This document shows positions 39,161 through 49,041 of a stretch of 64,000 nt of DNA, one piece after another. The DNA comes from Leptospira sp. (GTDB taxonomy: Bacteria; Spirochaetota; Leptospiria; Leptospirales; Leptospiraceae): assembly GCA_034439575.1 (NCBI GenBank), contig JAWXAQ010000008.1:96001-160000 (forward strand), read 5' to 3'. Both the position numbers and the translations under genes were made by a program. The notes under the pieces are model-generated. The model was not told the origin of the DNA. It made no database searches and worked only from the letters and a program-made list of their open reading frames with translations. The stretch's first letter is position 1. Each line of letters begins with the position of its first letter.

Positions 39161-41515
39161 TTATTGATCATTAGCAAATTTGGAGAGGAAATCTTCTTGT
39201 TCTCTAGATTCAATGGCTCTTTCACTTCGGGAAGCGCGAACAATTTGAATCGCCTTTTCACTTGAAAACTTTTCTTTCCAAATCAAATAAGCTGCAGCTA
39301 AAGTTCCAGATCGTCCTAAACCACCTACGCAATGTATCAATAGATTATCATTATGTTTTGTAAGTATAGTATCCATCCATTGCAATGCACTTTTTAAGGC
39401 TTCAATACTAGGAATTCTTTGGTCAAAGATTGGCAAATAATATGCTTCTATATTAGCTTTTTTGTATTCTTCTTTTAAAGTAGTAACTCCGTATTCGCTA
39501 TATTCAGCTTCAGTGATAAGTGAGATGACAAATTTCACTCTCTGTTTTTTCATTTCCAAAATATCATCGTTAAGTGATCTACCTCGATCTTTTCTGCCTG
39601 GCAAAATTGTAAGGCCAATCTTTTTTGTAAGTGTTTGATTTAATCCATCATCATACTTTAGAAAATCTATCCTCAAGGATTTGGTTTTTTGAATATATGA
39701 TCTGACTTTTTGAATGAGGGTACAACCGCTATATAGAGCCCATTTTCTTTGTATTTCATTACTCTCATCAAAGGAAAGAGTATGCATCGCATAACGAAGT
39801 AGACCAACATGCATTTGGTATGGATCTCTATCCATTTTTATCAATCCAGGATAAAAAGATCTTAACTTAGCGATGACCCGATAGGCTTTCTGAAGTTTAG
39901 GATTTTTAATTTCATTTGGTACATCAAAAGGAAGGGGAATTCCTAAATCTTCATGATTTAGCAAAATGTTTGTTAATTGGACAGCTTCCAATAGTTCTGA
40001 TTCTGTTTCGATTTTTGTAAAAATATAAAGTATGTCATTTTCTAATTTTAAAAGATCACGAATGATATGACCGCGATGCGTATGAAAGAAATCAATCAAC
40101 CAAACATTGTCTTGTGCATCCAAAATAATATTTGCACCATTCAAATCTCCATGAACATAGGCAAGGTTGTGATTGATAGCATCATATTCACGAAGCGAAA
40201 TTAAATCTATTTCATAAAAATGGCAAGGATTGATATTTGATAAATCATTTGAAATTTGAATGCTTTCACCCTCTGCAGGTTTGCCAATCAAAGCTTCCAC
40301 TCTAGACCGAACACTTTTAGCATACTTGGCCTGAAAATCATAATATTCTAATAAATTTAATCTTTCTGTACTTCCGGCTTCATAAAGTCTACCTAATTGT
40401 TGTTGAAATACGACTTCCAAAGTTTTATCAATCATTTTGAAATCATCACTTTTTTCATACATTTTCTGAAAGGTGCGGACATTGCCATCGAGCATTGCCG
40501 CATAACGGTATTTAATTGCACCACGGTTTTCTAATTCACAAAAATCAACGATCGCAGGCGCATTATTCCCTAGGACTTCTTGGATTCTTTCGAATGATGT
40601 TCTTTCCTTGGCGATCAAATCCCGATCGCCAATTTTTACAACACAAGGCACTTGACTGTGACCTAAAATATCAGTGGCTTTTGTTTTCAACACAACATTG
40701 CCGGAAAAACCTCCATCCAAAGTTTTGAATTCGACTTCTTTACATTCTCGAAATAGATAGATTAATATTTTTTTATCAATTTCAGAGATAGGATAATTTG
40801 GATCTAGTTTTAAATGCTCAGTAGTAATTCTGGAATGAGTAGAAATCTTTTTCTCAAGGTCTGGTTGCGATCCAGTTAAAAATTGCGTAAAACTTCCGAT
40901 AGATGGAAAAATGGTGACACCTAATATTTGTTTTAATTGGTCGAGAGCGATAAAATGCATGGAGAGCGAAGAACTCGCAGTCAAAGCAGAACAAACAGCT
41001 ATGTCAAATTGTGGATATCTTGTTTTTAAATCATAAGCAAGAAAGGTTACTTTTGCTTCCGTCCAAACTCCAGTGATACCGACTTTTATTTTTTTACCTT
41101 TGAATGGTTTTAAAATCTCTTCCAGTTTTGTGTCTACAAAATCATTTAATCCAGAAGCATTTACAATATGATGACGGTTAGGTTGATATTGTATCCATGG
41201 CTGGAAAACAAATTCAGCACCTTTTGTGTCTTTTATACAATGATGACCGAATTGGTTTAAATGATCCTTCTCATCTACAGAATCAGGATTGTGCCAATCT
41301 CTGATATGAATGATTTCTAATTTTTCTTTCTTTGTCTGATAGGCCCAATCTATTAACGAGTATATCGGACCATGTTCTACCATTTCCCCTAACAATCTAT
41401 TCGATTCCGCATAACCAACATGAAGCGCATTTGGTAGTTGGTCATATTTATCAAGCAGGGATGTAAAATCATTTTGGAGGCATTGTGTGATTAAAATAGA
41501 AGGTTCATTCGCCAT
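39161..41515 (-). CDS. Isochorismatase/nicotinamidase-like + APH-like kinase + dual-specificity (CX5R) phosphatase fusion
   Basis: QCLQNDF, DWH, HCIKDTKGAE; GGFSG, VVKIG, HGDLNGAN, LIDF; IFDQRIP, HCVGGLGRSG. Confidence 0.85.
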   Translation of the reverse strand: MANEPSILITQCLQNDFTSLLDKYDQLPNALHVGYAESNRLLGEMVEHGPIYSLIDWAYQTKKEKLEIIHIRDWHNPDSVDEKDHLNQFGHHCIKDTKGAEFVFQPWIQYQPNRHHIVNASGLNDFVDTKLEEILKPFKGKKIKVGITGVWTEAKVTFLAYDLKTRYPQFDIAVCSALTASSSLSMHFIALDQLKQILGVTIFPSIGSFTQFLTGSQPDLEKKISTHSRITTEHLKLDPNYPISEIDKKILIYLFRECKEVEFKTLDGGFSGNVVLKTKATDILGHSQVPCVVKIGDRDLIAKERTSFERIQEVLGNNAPAIVDFCELENRGAIKYRYAAMLDGNVRTFQKMYEKSDDFKMIDKTLEVVFQQQLGRLYEAGSTERLNLLEYYDFQAKYAKSVRSRVEALIGKPAEGESIQISNDLSNINPCHFYEIDLISLREYDAINHNLAYVHGDLNGANIILDAQDNVWLIDFFHTHRGHIIRDLLKLENDILYIFTKIETESELLEAVQLTNILLNHEDLGIPLPFDVPNEIKNPKLQKAYRVIAKLRSFYPGLIKMDRDPYQMHVGLLRYAMHTLSFDESNEIQRKWALYSGCTLIQKVRSYIQKTKSLRIDFLKYDDGLNQTLTKKIGLTILPGRKDRGRSLNDDILEMKKQRVKFVISLITEAEYSEYGVTTLKEEYKKANIEAYYLPIFDQRIPSIEALKSALQWMDTILTKHNDNLLIHCVGGLGRSGTLAAAYLIWKEKFSSEKAIQIVRASRSERAIESREQEDFLSKFANDQ

Positions 41516-41624
41516 AGGCAAATTCTAAAGACAAACTAAGAAAAATCCAGTTAATATTCGGAATTTGCTTGCAAAAAGAAAAATGGAGTTATAATGCGAT
41601 GTTCTAAAGAAGAGGAGAATCAGT

Positions 41625-41936
41625 ATGAAAAATTTATTAATTTTGATTTGTTTGATTTGTGTTCAATCTCTATTCGCTGGAGAAATCGGATCCGACTGCC
41701 AGTTCAAAGGAAAAAAACTTTCTGGAAAAGTTCAGATTGTAAATTCTTTTCCTGACTTCAAAGTCCAGGTAGTTAATAGTTTTCCTGATCTTAAAGTACA
41801 GCAAGTTACATCTTTCCCTAGTGATTGTGGCAAGTGGGAAATTGTGAATAGTTTTCCTGACTTTAAAGTTCAGATTGTGAATTCATTTCCTGATTTCAAG
41901 ATCCAGTATGTGAATAGTTTTCCTGGCGTTCCTTAA
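41625..41936 (+). CDS. Small secreted protein with six ~11-aa KVQxVNSFPDF repeats
   Basis: AGGAG SD and upstream TATAAT (41590-41595), signal peptide, in-frame repeats at 41727-41927. Confidence 0.85.
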   Translation: MKNLLILICLICVQSLFAGEIGSDCQFKGKKLSGKVQIVNSFPDFKVQVVNSFPDLKVQQVTSFPSDCGKWEIVNSFPDFKVQIVNSFPDFKIQYVNSFPGVP

Positions 41937-42480
41937 AAATTGAGAAGGGAGATGGAAAAAATTCATATAATCTAGTTTAGTTTTGAGCTTTGCCTTCCAA
42001 ATTTGTTAGTCAGGTGTAAGCTAAAGGAAGGCTTACTTTTTAATTTGAAGTCGATATTCCTCATATCTTTTTTATTAATCCTTTTCCTAATACCCAATAG
42101 TATTGAAATACTTGAATTCTTTCAAAGTTACAATGGTTCGTAATTATTCCTTCGCGATTTTTTATAATGTTTAGGCAATTGACATGTTTTATGTTTAATT
42201 TTGTCGCGTATTATATATTAAAATAATAATATATAATAATAAAAGTATATAAATTTAAGTTTGACCTTTATTTTCTTTGAATTCCTTGAATACTTTTGAG
42301 TTTTGTCCTGATCGGAATAATGATTATCCTTCCACGTAATTAAAAAATTTATATTTTTATAGATAAGGAAAATATTAGTTCTAACTGAGAAATAAATTTC
42401 TGAGAATTGTTTCAATGGATACGATTAACAAAATTATTCATTAAAATGGTTTTTTTAATTCACAACATAAGGAGTGTTAT

Positions 42481-44268
42481 ATGGAATATTTATTTCGAAG
42501 TATTTTGATTATTTTATCTTTTATTTTCTTTCATTGTAGTGCAGAAAAAACTAATGACAGTTCCAGCTCCCTGCTCTTTTCTCTGTCTAATACTGGAAGT
42601 GCCACTAGTTCTAGCAGTAGTAATAACTCATCTACTGCGACTACACAACAAACTCCTGTTACCGTAGGTTCCGCTCCACCTGAGTTACCTGGTCATGGCA
42701 TGCCCGTTTTGCCTCCTCCTTCTGGTTCTGCAGGTGCCAATTGTGGAATAGGTGCTGCCAGTCCAGGTTGGCAACAACAAGCTTTGATCAAAGCAGCTAA
42801 CGCAAGTGCAAATGCTCAATACGGAGCTATAATCGCATCTTCTGGAGATACAATTGTGGTCGGTCATCCGGGTGATAAGAGCAATCAAAGAACTATTACT
42901 AATGGACCAACAGCAAGTAATGATCAATCCGGAGGTGGGGGTGCAGTCTATGTTTATAAATTAAGTGCTGGTGTATGGACTCAGGAAGCTTATATTAAAC
43001 CCTCCAATTTGGATGAGAATGACGATTTTGGGCGGTCTGTGTCGATATCTGGTGATATATTGGTTGTCGGTGCTCCTGGAGAAGCAAGTCTTCAAAATAC
43101 GATTTCAACTGGAACAACTGCTAGCATTGATAATTCTGCTAACGATGCAGGTGCAGTTTATGTTTTTCGTAGGTCCGGGTCTAATTGGAATCAAATTGCT
43201 TATATAAAGGCCTCAAATAACAGGGGTCCTTATCATCGTTTTGGACAAAGTGTCGCTATAGTAGGAAACACTCTTGCTGTCGGTGCGAGAGAAGAACCAT
43301 CTGGTTCGAATCAAATCATAAATGGTACTGGCGCACCAGAAGATTACAACGGGATGTTCAGTGGTGCAGTATATATATACCAATGGGACGGAAATTTGAC
43401 ATGGACCCAAGAAGCTTTTATAAAAGCATCAAATAATAGGAATGGTGGTTTTTCTGATGAAACTTTATGGAGTACGATTGATCTATTCGGTGGAAAAATT
43501 GCATTATCAGAAGATGGAAATAAACTTGCTGTTGGTGCGATCGGTGAAGATAGCGGTTTCAATGGAATCGTTAATGGATCTGGTGGAAATAGCGATAACA
43601 GCATAAAAAATGCAGGTGCAGTTTATATCTACAAAAGGACTGGCAACCAATGGGCAGAAGAAGCTTATATAAAAGCTCCAAACCCTGGCACATCTCATTG
43701 GTTTGGTGAACAATTATCGATTTCAGGTGATCGATTGGCTGTAAGTGCAAGTGAAGGAAGTAATTTCAGAGGTATTTCTAACACAACAAACAATGATAAT
43801 TCATCATTAAATAGTGGAGCGGTTTATACATATATTCGAACAGGTGCTAATTGGACATTCGACAGATATATAAAATCGTCTAATTCCGATCCCCAGGATC
43901 GATTTGGGTCTAGCGTTGTCATTTCAGGAAACCGTTTATTAGTAGGAGCTTCAAGAGAATCATCCAATATAAATACTGTCTCCAATGCTGGAGTTGCCAG
44001 TGCGGACAATAGCTTTAACATGTCAGGTGCGGCCTATGTATTTACAAATTCTGGAGGAGTATGGAGCCAAAGTGCTTATTTGAAGCCATCAAATGTAAGA
44101 GCTGGTCGGTCTTTTGGATTTAGTGCGGCTATGAATAATGATAGAATCATTATTGGATCGGTAGGTGAATCAAGTAATGCGAATACAATTACTCATGGTT
44201 TGAATTCATCTTGTGACATAACTCTACAAAACTCCGGTGCAATTTATGTTTTCGGTAATGTTCCTTAA
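42481..44268 (+). CDS. FG-GAP (integrin-alpha-like beta-propeller) repeat lipoprotein
   Basis: AAGGAG SD, lipobox FFHC, Ser/Thr/Pro linker, repeated FG.SV.ISG...VGA..E / GAVYVY / W.Q.AYIKASN. Confidence 0.88.
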   Translation: MEYLFRSILIILSFIFFHCSAEKTNDSSSSLLFSLSNTGSATSSSSSNNSSTATTQQTPVTVGSAPPELPGHGMPVLPPPSGSAGANCGIGAASPGWQQQALIKAANASANAQYGAIIASSGDTIVVGHPGDKSNQRTITNGPTASNDQSGGGGAVYVYKLSAGVWTQEAYIKPSNLDENDDFGRSVSISGDILVVGAPGEASLQNTISTGTTASIDNSANDAGAVYVFRRSGSNWNQIAYIKASNNRGPYHRFGQSVAIVGNTLAVGAREEPSGSNQIINGTGAPEDYNGMFSGAVYIYQWDGNLTWTQEAFIKASNNRNGGFSDETLWSTIDLFGGKIALSEDGNKLAVGAIGEDSGFNGIVNGSGGNSDNSIKNAGAVYIYKRTGNQWAEEAYIKAPNPGTSHWFGEQLSISGDRLAVSASEGSNFRGISNTTNNDNSSLNSGAVYTYIRTGANWTFDRYIKSSNSDPQDRFGSSVVISGNRLLVGASRESSNINTVSNAGVASADNSFNMSGAAYVFTNSGGVWSQSAYLKPSNVRAGRSFGFSAAMNNDRIIIGSVGESSNANTITHGLNSSCDITLQNSGAIYVFGNVP

Positions 44269-44282
44269 TTAAAATTGAATTT

Positions 44283-44319
44283 GATACTCCGAAATTCTGT
44301 ATTTAGTTTTCGGAGTATC
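44283..44319. terminator. Hairpin between convergent genes, probable bidirectional terminator
   Basis: GATACTCCGAAA (44283-44294) / TTTCGGAGTATC (44308-44319), perfect 12-bp stem. Confidence 0.75.
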
Positions 44320-44332
44320 TTGACCATTTCCC

Positions 44333-44881
44333 TTAAGTTTTATATCTATAAAACTTAGCAAGATATACGCCAACGACTGCGCCTGCTAGGTGCCCTTCCC
44401 AGGAAACATCCCAATCCACAAGCCCAGGCACAACCCCCCAAACGAGGCCACCGTAAATAAATCCTATGAATAAGGCCAAAAATATAGAAAACGGTTTTCT
44501 ATGATAAAACCCAGCGGCAATGATAAACGTTGCCAATGCATAGACTAATCCACTTGCTCCAACATGATATGCGGATCTACCCATAACCCAAACAATTGTG
44601 TTTGAGAAGATTATCATATAAAACATAGATATTAAGGCGATTCTTGAATAAAACATAAGTAAGGTGCTAGTTAAAATAAGGAGAGGAATCGTATTTGCAG
44701 CGACATGCGAAAACCCGCCATGCAAAAATACCGCAAGAGGTATTCCGATGAGCCCAGTGACTGATCTAGGATAAACACCTAATGTAGTAAAGTCGAGTGG
44801 AATTAAAAAATCCAAAAGTGTAATGAGCCACAATAAACAAACAAATGTTAGAGAATATTGGATACTTTTTGTTAAGTTCAT
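44333..44881 (-). CDS. Rhomboid intramembrane serine protease
   Basis: FLHGGFSHVAAN, HVGASG (Ser), SWEGHLAG (His). Confidence 0.92.
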   Translation of the reverse strand: MNLTKSIQYSLTFVCLLWLITLLDFLIPLDFTTLGVYPRSVTGLIGIPLAVFLHGGFSHVAANTIPLLILTSTLLMFYSRIALISMFYMIIFSNTIVWVMGRSAYHVGASGLVYALATFIIAAGFYHRKPFSIFLALFIGFIYGGLVWGVVPGLVDWDVSWEGHLAGAVVGVYLAKFYRYKT

Positions 44882-44901
44882 AATAATTCCTTCTTTAAAT
44901 T

Positions 44902-45525
44902 CTAAGCTTTTCCTTTCCTCAGACCAAGTAACAGAGATGTGATGCTAGGTTCTGTCGCTAGCAATATTTTATAGTTTGAATTTTCAAAATCTTCACTCAT
45001 AGTAAAACAACTATTTTTCATGACTCTATCTCTGATCCACCATTGATGAACCGCAGCACTTCTTTCTTCAAAAGGTTTTGATTCACTGACATGCACTTCT
45101 TCATTCCAAACTTTGGGAATTTGGCGGCTTTTTAATTCATAGCCAAGGGCAGAAACGAAATTATCGACAGCGTAATATAACAATTGGTCAATGCGAATGC
45201 ATCCATTTTTAGAAAATGGGATACTTTCTCTCAAAGCAATTTCTAAAGCTGGGCGATTTAATTTTTTACCTTTTAAAAAATCATAATTTTTGATAGCGCC
45301 AGGACAAGTAACAAAAGGTGTACGCCTCTCTTCAATTTCAAAGTCGATTATCGTTTGTTTGGTGAGATCAATTTCTAACAATAAACTTATATCATGGTAT
45401 CTATCATAAATTTTAGATTCTATGATGGCTTTTTGCGGGGTTTGGTCAAAGAGCCACCAAAAGGAAACGCTCATATTCCTTTCTAATCCAACGGGAACAT
45501 TTTGGATTTTATTTCTTATCGCCAT
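44902..45525 (-). CDS. DUF2889-like protein
   Basis: D.YHDI.L, PFVTCPGA, GC, NSCF conserved-Cys pattern. Confidence 0.6.
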   Translation of the reverse strand: MAIRNKIQNVPVGLERNMSVSFWWLFDQTPQKAIIESKIYDRYHDISLLLEIDLTKQTIIDFEIEERRTPFVTCPGAIKNYDFLKGKKLNRPALEIALRESIPFSKNGCIRIDQLLYYAVDNFVSALGYELKSRQIPKVWNEEVHVSESKPFEERSAAVHQWWIRDRVMKNSCFTMSEDFENSNYKILLATEPSITSLLLGLRKGKA

Positions 45526-47503
45526 ACTTTGATTCTCCAGGAAAAATTCGATTTTGATTCATCAGTTCAATGGATACATTGAAAAATGATTTTCCTTTTA
45601 TTAAGGAATTCGCACATAGATTTTTATTTGCATTACATATCGCATCATCCACGTAAGGTGGATTTGCCGTAAAGTGTAGACTATTATCACCATCAACCCA
45701 TTGGTAAACAAATTGATTTCCTTCAATCCAGCCGTAAGCCGCACCATAAGCAAAATACGCACGTCCAGGTTTTAAATTTGGTGCGCGTAAGTTTCTTCCC
45801 ATAGATGCAAATTGAATTTCTTTACCGACTAATCCAAGTATAGTCGGTAAAACGTCTAACTGAGATGAAATAGTATCATCTAATTTTGGTTTAATGAATT
45901 TTGGGCTATAAATTAGAAAAGGAACGTTTCGATCTTCATAATATGATAAATACCGATGGTGGGTATGGTCGGCCACAAAAACAAAAATTGTATCCTTAAA
46001 ATAAGGTGTTTTTTCCATTTTGGACATAAAGTTTGAGATGGCCCAATCAGAATAATGATACGTATTTAAATAATCATAATCTTGTTTATCTGAATTGAAA
46101 ATTTCAAATTTTTTATCTGGCACCTTGTACGGGTAATGCGTTGTCATCGTAAGTGCTGTGCCAAGAAATGGTTTTCCTGATGCATAGGCAGTATTCATTT
46201 GTTCAAGTAAAATGTCATATATGCTTTCATCGTCATATCCCCAAGCACCAATTTGATGTTTGCCTGTATCTGCGATTTCTTTTTTACCAATTATTTTTTT
46301 AAATCCCCAATGTGGTAGGATTTTACCAAGGTTATCAAATTGTAAGTCGTCACCTGTTATAAATATGGTTTCATACCCCCAATTATGGAATAAATTTCCC
46401 AAGCTAGAAAAATTTCCAAGTATTTGATGGGAGCGAACGGCAGTTAAACCGGGCCTATCAGGAATGCCGGTAATGACCGACATAAGTCCGTTAGATGTCC
46501 TACCTCCATTTGCATAAAAGTTTTTAAAGCTATGTCCTTTTTTTGCCAATTGGTTATAAAAGGGAGTTAATTCCTTTCCGTAAATGATACCATCTGAGAT
46601 AGGCCATACAAATTTTCCCGTCCAAGATTCTTGAAAAATCAATACTATATTTGGAACTTTTTCATGATTTGTTTCTAATTGTTTACGTAGAAGTGGATAT
46701 TCAGGATCGTTTAAAAAAATACTTCCTTCATAATTTGTTTCTTCTCGAACGATCTTAACAGCGTCACTTAAATTCATCTTAAGGTGAGTGGGAATGGATT
46801 GACTTTTCAGATCCATTACTGTCGTATAGAATCCGTTAAGTGCTATGTTGTTAATCGTTGTGTCTTCTCCAACGATGGCGTTCGTTGCTCGCAAAGGGGA
46901 TTGTTGCAATCCACCTCGCACAAATATTCCGATAAAAAGCACTCCCATTGTGAATTTTAAAATTTGTTTCCAAGGTTTTGTTTTGTCTATGTAACTATAA
47001 ATTTTCCATTTTAAATATATCTTTAAACTGAAATAAATTAGAGAGACTAACGCAATGAGTATGAAAGTTAAAAGGATTGGACTTTCTAAAAAAAGAGATT
47101 TTAAAAGAATCGGCAAATCAGCAAAAAATATAACAGCTTCATATCCTATATGTTTGTTGGCATTTTCATAATAGATTAAATCGCTGATCAGATGACCGAA
47201 ACAAAATAGGAAAGCGAGTATGGGATAAAACGTCCATAAAATGCGAAAACTTATGAATTGATTTAAGAATGATATTTTTGAAATTAAATATCCGAAACCT
47301 AAAATCATGGCCGCACTCGCTAAATCATATCGGATGCCGATAAGAAAGGTGAATATAATTTGAATCCAATCGAAAGATTGAATCCTATAGGAATAAATTC
47401 CTAAAAATAAGAATCGAATGCTAGTAAAAAGAATTAGAAATAAAGTGAGATAACTGAAATAGAGTGAGTCGGAGAATGATAATTTTTGCCATAACCGTTT
47501 CAT
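45509..47503 (-). CDS. LTA synthase / sulfatase-family membrane phosphotransferase
   Basis: About 5 TM helices, PNIVLIFQES, GGRTSNG (Thr), TTHYPY, YSD, VADH, SQLDVLPTIL; ATG 47503 with GGAAAGGA SD. Confidence 0.88.
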   Translation of the reverse strand: MKRLWQKLSFSDSLYFSYLTLFLILFTSIRFLFLGIYSYRIQSFDWIQIIFTFLIGIRYDLASAAMILGFGYLISKISFLNQFISFRILWTFYPILAFLFCFGHLISDLIYYENANKHIGYEAVIFFADLPILLKSLFLESPILLTFILIALVSLIYFSLKIYLKWKIYSYIDKTKPWKQILKFTMGVLFIGIFVRGGLQQSPLRATNAIVGEDTTINNIALNGFYTTVMDLKSQSIPTHLKMNLSDAVKIVREETNYEGSIFLNDPEYPLLRKQLETNHEKVPNIVLIFQESWTGKFVWPISDGIIYGKELTPFYNQLAKKGHSFKNFYANGGRTSNGLMSVITGIPDRPGLTAVRSHQILGNFSSLGNLFHNWGYETIFITGDDLQFDNLGKILPHWGFKKIIGKKEIADTGKHQIGAWGYDDESIYDILLEQMNTAYASGKPFLGTALTMTTHYPYKVPDKKFEIFNSDKQDYDYLNTYHYSDWAISNFMSKMEKTPYFKDTIFVFVADHTHHRYLSYYEDRNVPFLIYSPKFIKPKLDDTISSQLDVLPTILGLVGKEIQFASMGRNLRAPNLKPGRAYFAYGAAYGWIEGNQFVYQWVDGDNSLHFTANPPYVDDAICNANKNLCANSLIKGKSFFNVSIELMNQNRIFPGESKYGDKK

Positions 47504-47595
47504 TCCTTTCCATACGATTCCCAATTTGATTACGGTCAACTCCCTTCCAAACATGGTTGATTTATTTAGAACCAAGAGAGATTCTGCATCTATCC

Positions 47596-49041
47596 ATGCC
47601 TTCCATTCAAAAAATCTTAATTGCTAATCGTGGAGAAATTGCAGTGCGCGTGATACGCACGGCAAAACGATTAGGTATCAAAACCGTTGCTGTATATTCT
47701 GAGGCTGATAAAGATAGTTTATATGTTAAACTTGCCGATGAAGCCATGTTTATCGGTCCTCCTGAACCTAAACTATCTTATCTCAATCAAGATACACTAT
47801 TGCAAGTTATACTGGAAACTGGTGCTGATGCCGTTCATCCTGGTTATGGTTTTCTTTCCGAAAATGCTGAGTTTGCGGAAAAATTATTAGCAAGAGGGAT
47901 TAAATTTCTTGGACCAAAGCCAGAATCGATCCGAGCTATGGGTGATAAAATCGGTTCACGTTTGTTAGTTGCTAAGTTCAATGTACCGATTGTTCCTGGA
48001 TATGAGGGTGAAGATCAATCCATAGAAAGATTCAAAAAAGAAGCTGAAAAAATCGGTTTTCCCATCATGGCAAAGGCGAGTGCAGGTGGTGGCGGGAAAG
48101 GAATGCGACGCGTCGAATCTATGGATGAGCTAGAAGCGAACATTTTGTCCGCAAAACGGGAGGCTCTTTCTTCTTTTGGTGATGATAGAATTCTTTTAGA
48201 AAAATACATTACAAATCCTAGGCATGTGGAGTTTCAGATATTTGGCGATAATCATGGCAATGTCATTCATATACATGAAAGGGATTGTTCCTTACAAAGA
48301 CGTCACCAAAAAGTTGTAGAAGAAAGTCCCGCACCCAACTTCCCGCCTGAACTCAAAAAACAAATGGCGGCTGCCGCAGTCCAAGCTGCCAAGTCTGTTT
48401 CCTACGAAGGTGCTGGTACCGTAGAATTTATATTAGGTGAATCTGGTGAGTTTTATTTTTTAGAGATGAACACGCGTTTGCAGGTAGAACATCCAGTCAC
48501 AGAGATGACGACAGGACTCGACCTGGTTGAGTTACAAATCCGCATTGCCGAAGGAGCTAAACTTCCAGAAACACCCATCCAAAAAGGACATGCCATAGAA
48601 GTGCGAGTGTATGCAGAAGATCCGACAAATCAGTTTTTACCTTCGATCGGAAAGATCCATGCTCTTTTTTTCCCTGAAGGGGAAGGCGTTCGCATAGATT
48701 CGGGCGTGGTTTCTGGATCTGAGATTTCCATTTATTATGATCCTATGATTGCAAAGATGATCGTTTGGTCAGAAACCAGAGAGTCTGCCATAAATAAAAT
48801 GATAGAGGTGTTAGACGAAACTATCGTTTTTGGTCCTATAACGAATATTAGTTTTTTAAAATCTCTAATCAATATGCAAGGATTTCGCCAAGGAAAGGTT
48901 TCCACTCATTTCATTGCTAACAATGAAAAAGAGCTAAATCTAAAACAGACAAGCGTGCAAAACCGATTGGGCCTTGCGGGAATTGCCAGTTCCGTAATGA
49001 GCGAAACAGATCCTTGGGTCAAAGAAAGGGAAAGAATATGA
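47596..49041 (+). CDS. Biotin carboxylase subunit of acyl-CoA carboxylase (MCC alpha N-part)
   Basis: KILIANRGEIA, HPGYGFLSEN, GGGGKGMR, ERDCSLQRRHQK, EMNTRLQVEHPVTE, YDPMIAK. Confidence 0.95.
   Translation: MPSIQKILIANRGEIAVRVIRTAKRLGIKTVAVYSEADKDSLYVKLADEAMFIGPPEPKLSYLNQDTLLQVILETGADAVHPGYGFLSENAEFAEKLLARGIKFLGPKPESIRAMGDKIGSRLLVAKFNVPIVPGYEGEDQSIERFKKEAEKIGFPIMAKASAGGGGKGMRRVESMDELEANILSAKREALSSFGDDRILLEKYITNPRHVEFQIFGDNHGNVIHIHERDCSLQRRHQKVVEESPAPNFPPELKKQMAAAAVQAAKSVSYEGAGTVEFILGESGEFYFLEMNTRLQVEHPVTEMTTGLDLVELQIRIAEGAKLPETPIQKGHAIEVRVYAEDPTNQFLPSIGKIHALFFPEGEGVRIDSGVVSGSEISIYYDPMIAKMIVWSETRESAINKMIEVLDETIVFGPITNISFLKSLINMQGFRQGKVSTHFIANNEKELNLKQTSVQNRLGLAGIASSVMSETDPWVKERERI

Noticed and set aside
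41727-41927. Short nucleotide repeats (e.g. AATAGTTTTCCTG) at roughly 33-nt period, superficially CRISPR-like
   Set aside because: They are in-frame coding repeats with synonymous variation, no unique spacers and no cas genes.
42218-42415. 65-aa minus-strand ORF in the AT-rich gap
   Set aside because: Low-complexity I/K/F/Y composition expected from AT-rich DNA; TTG start, no SD or motif.
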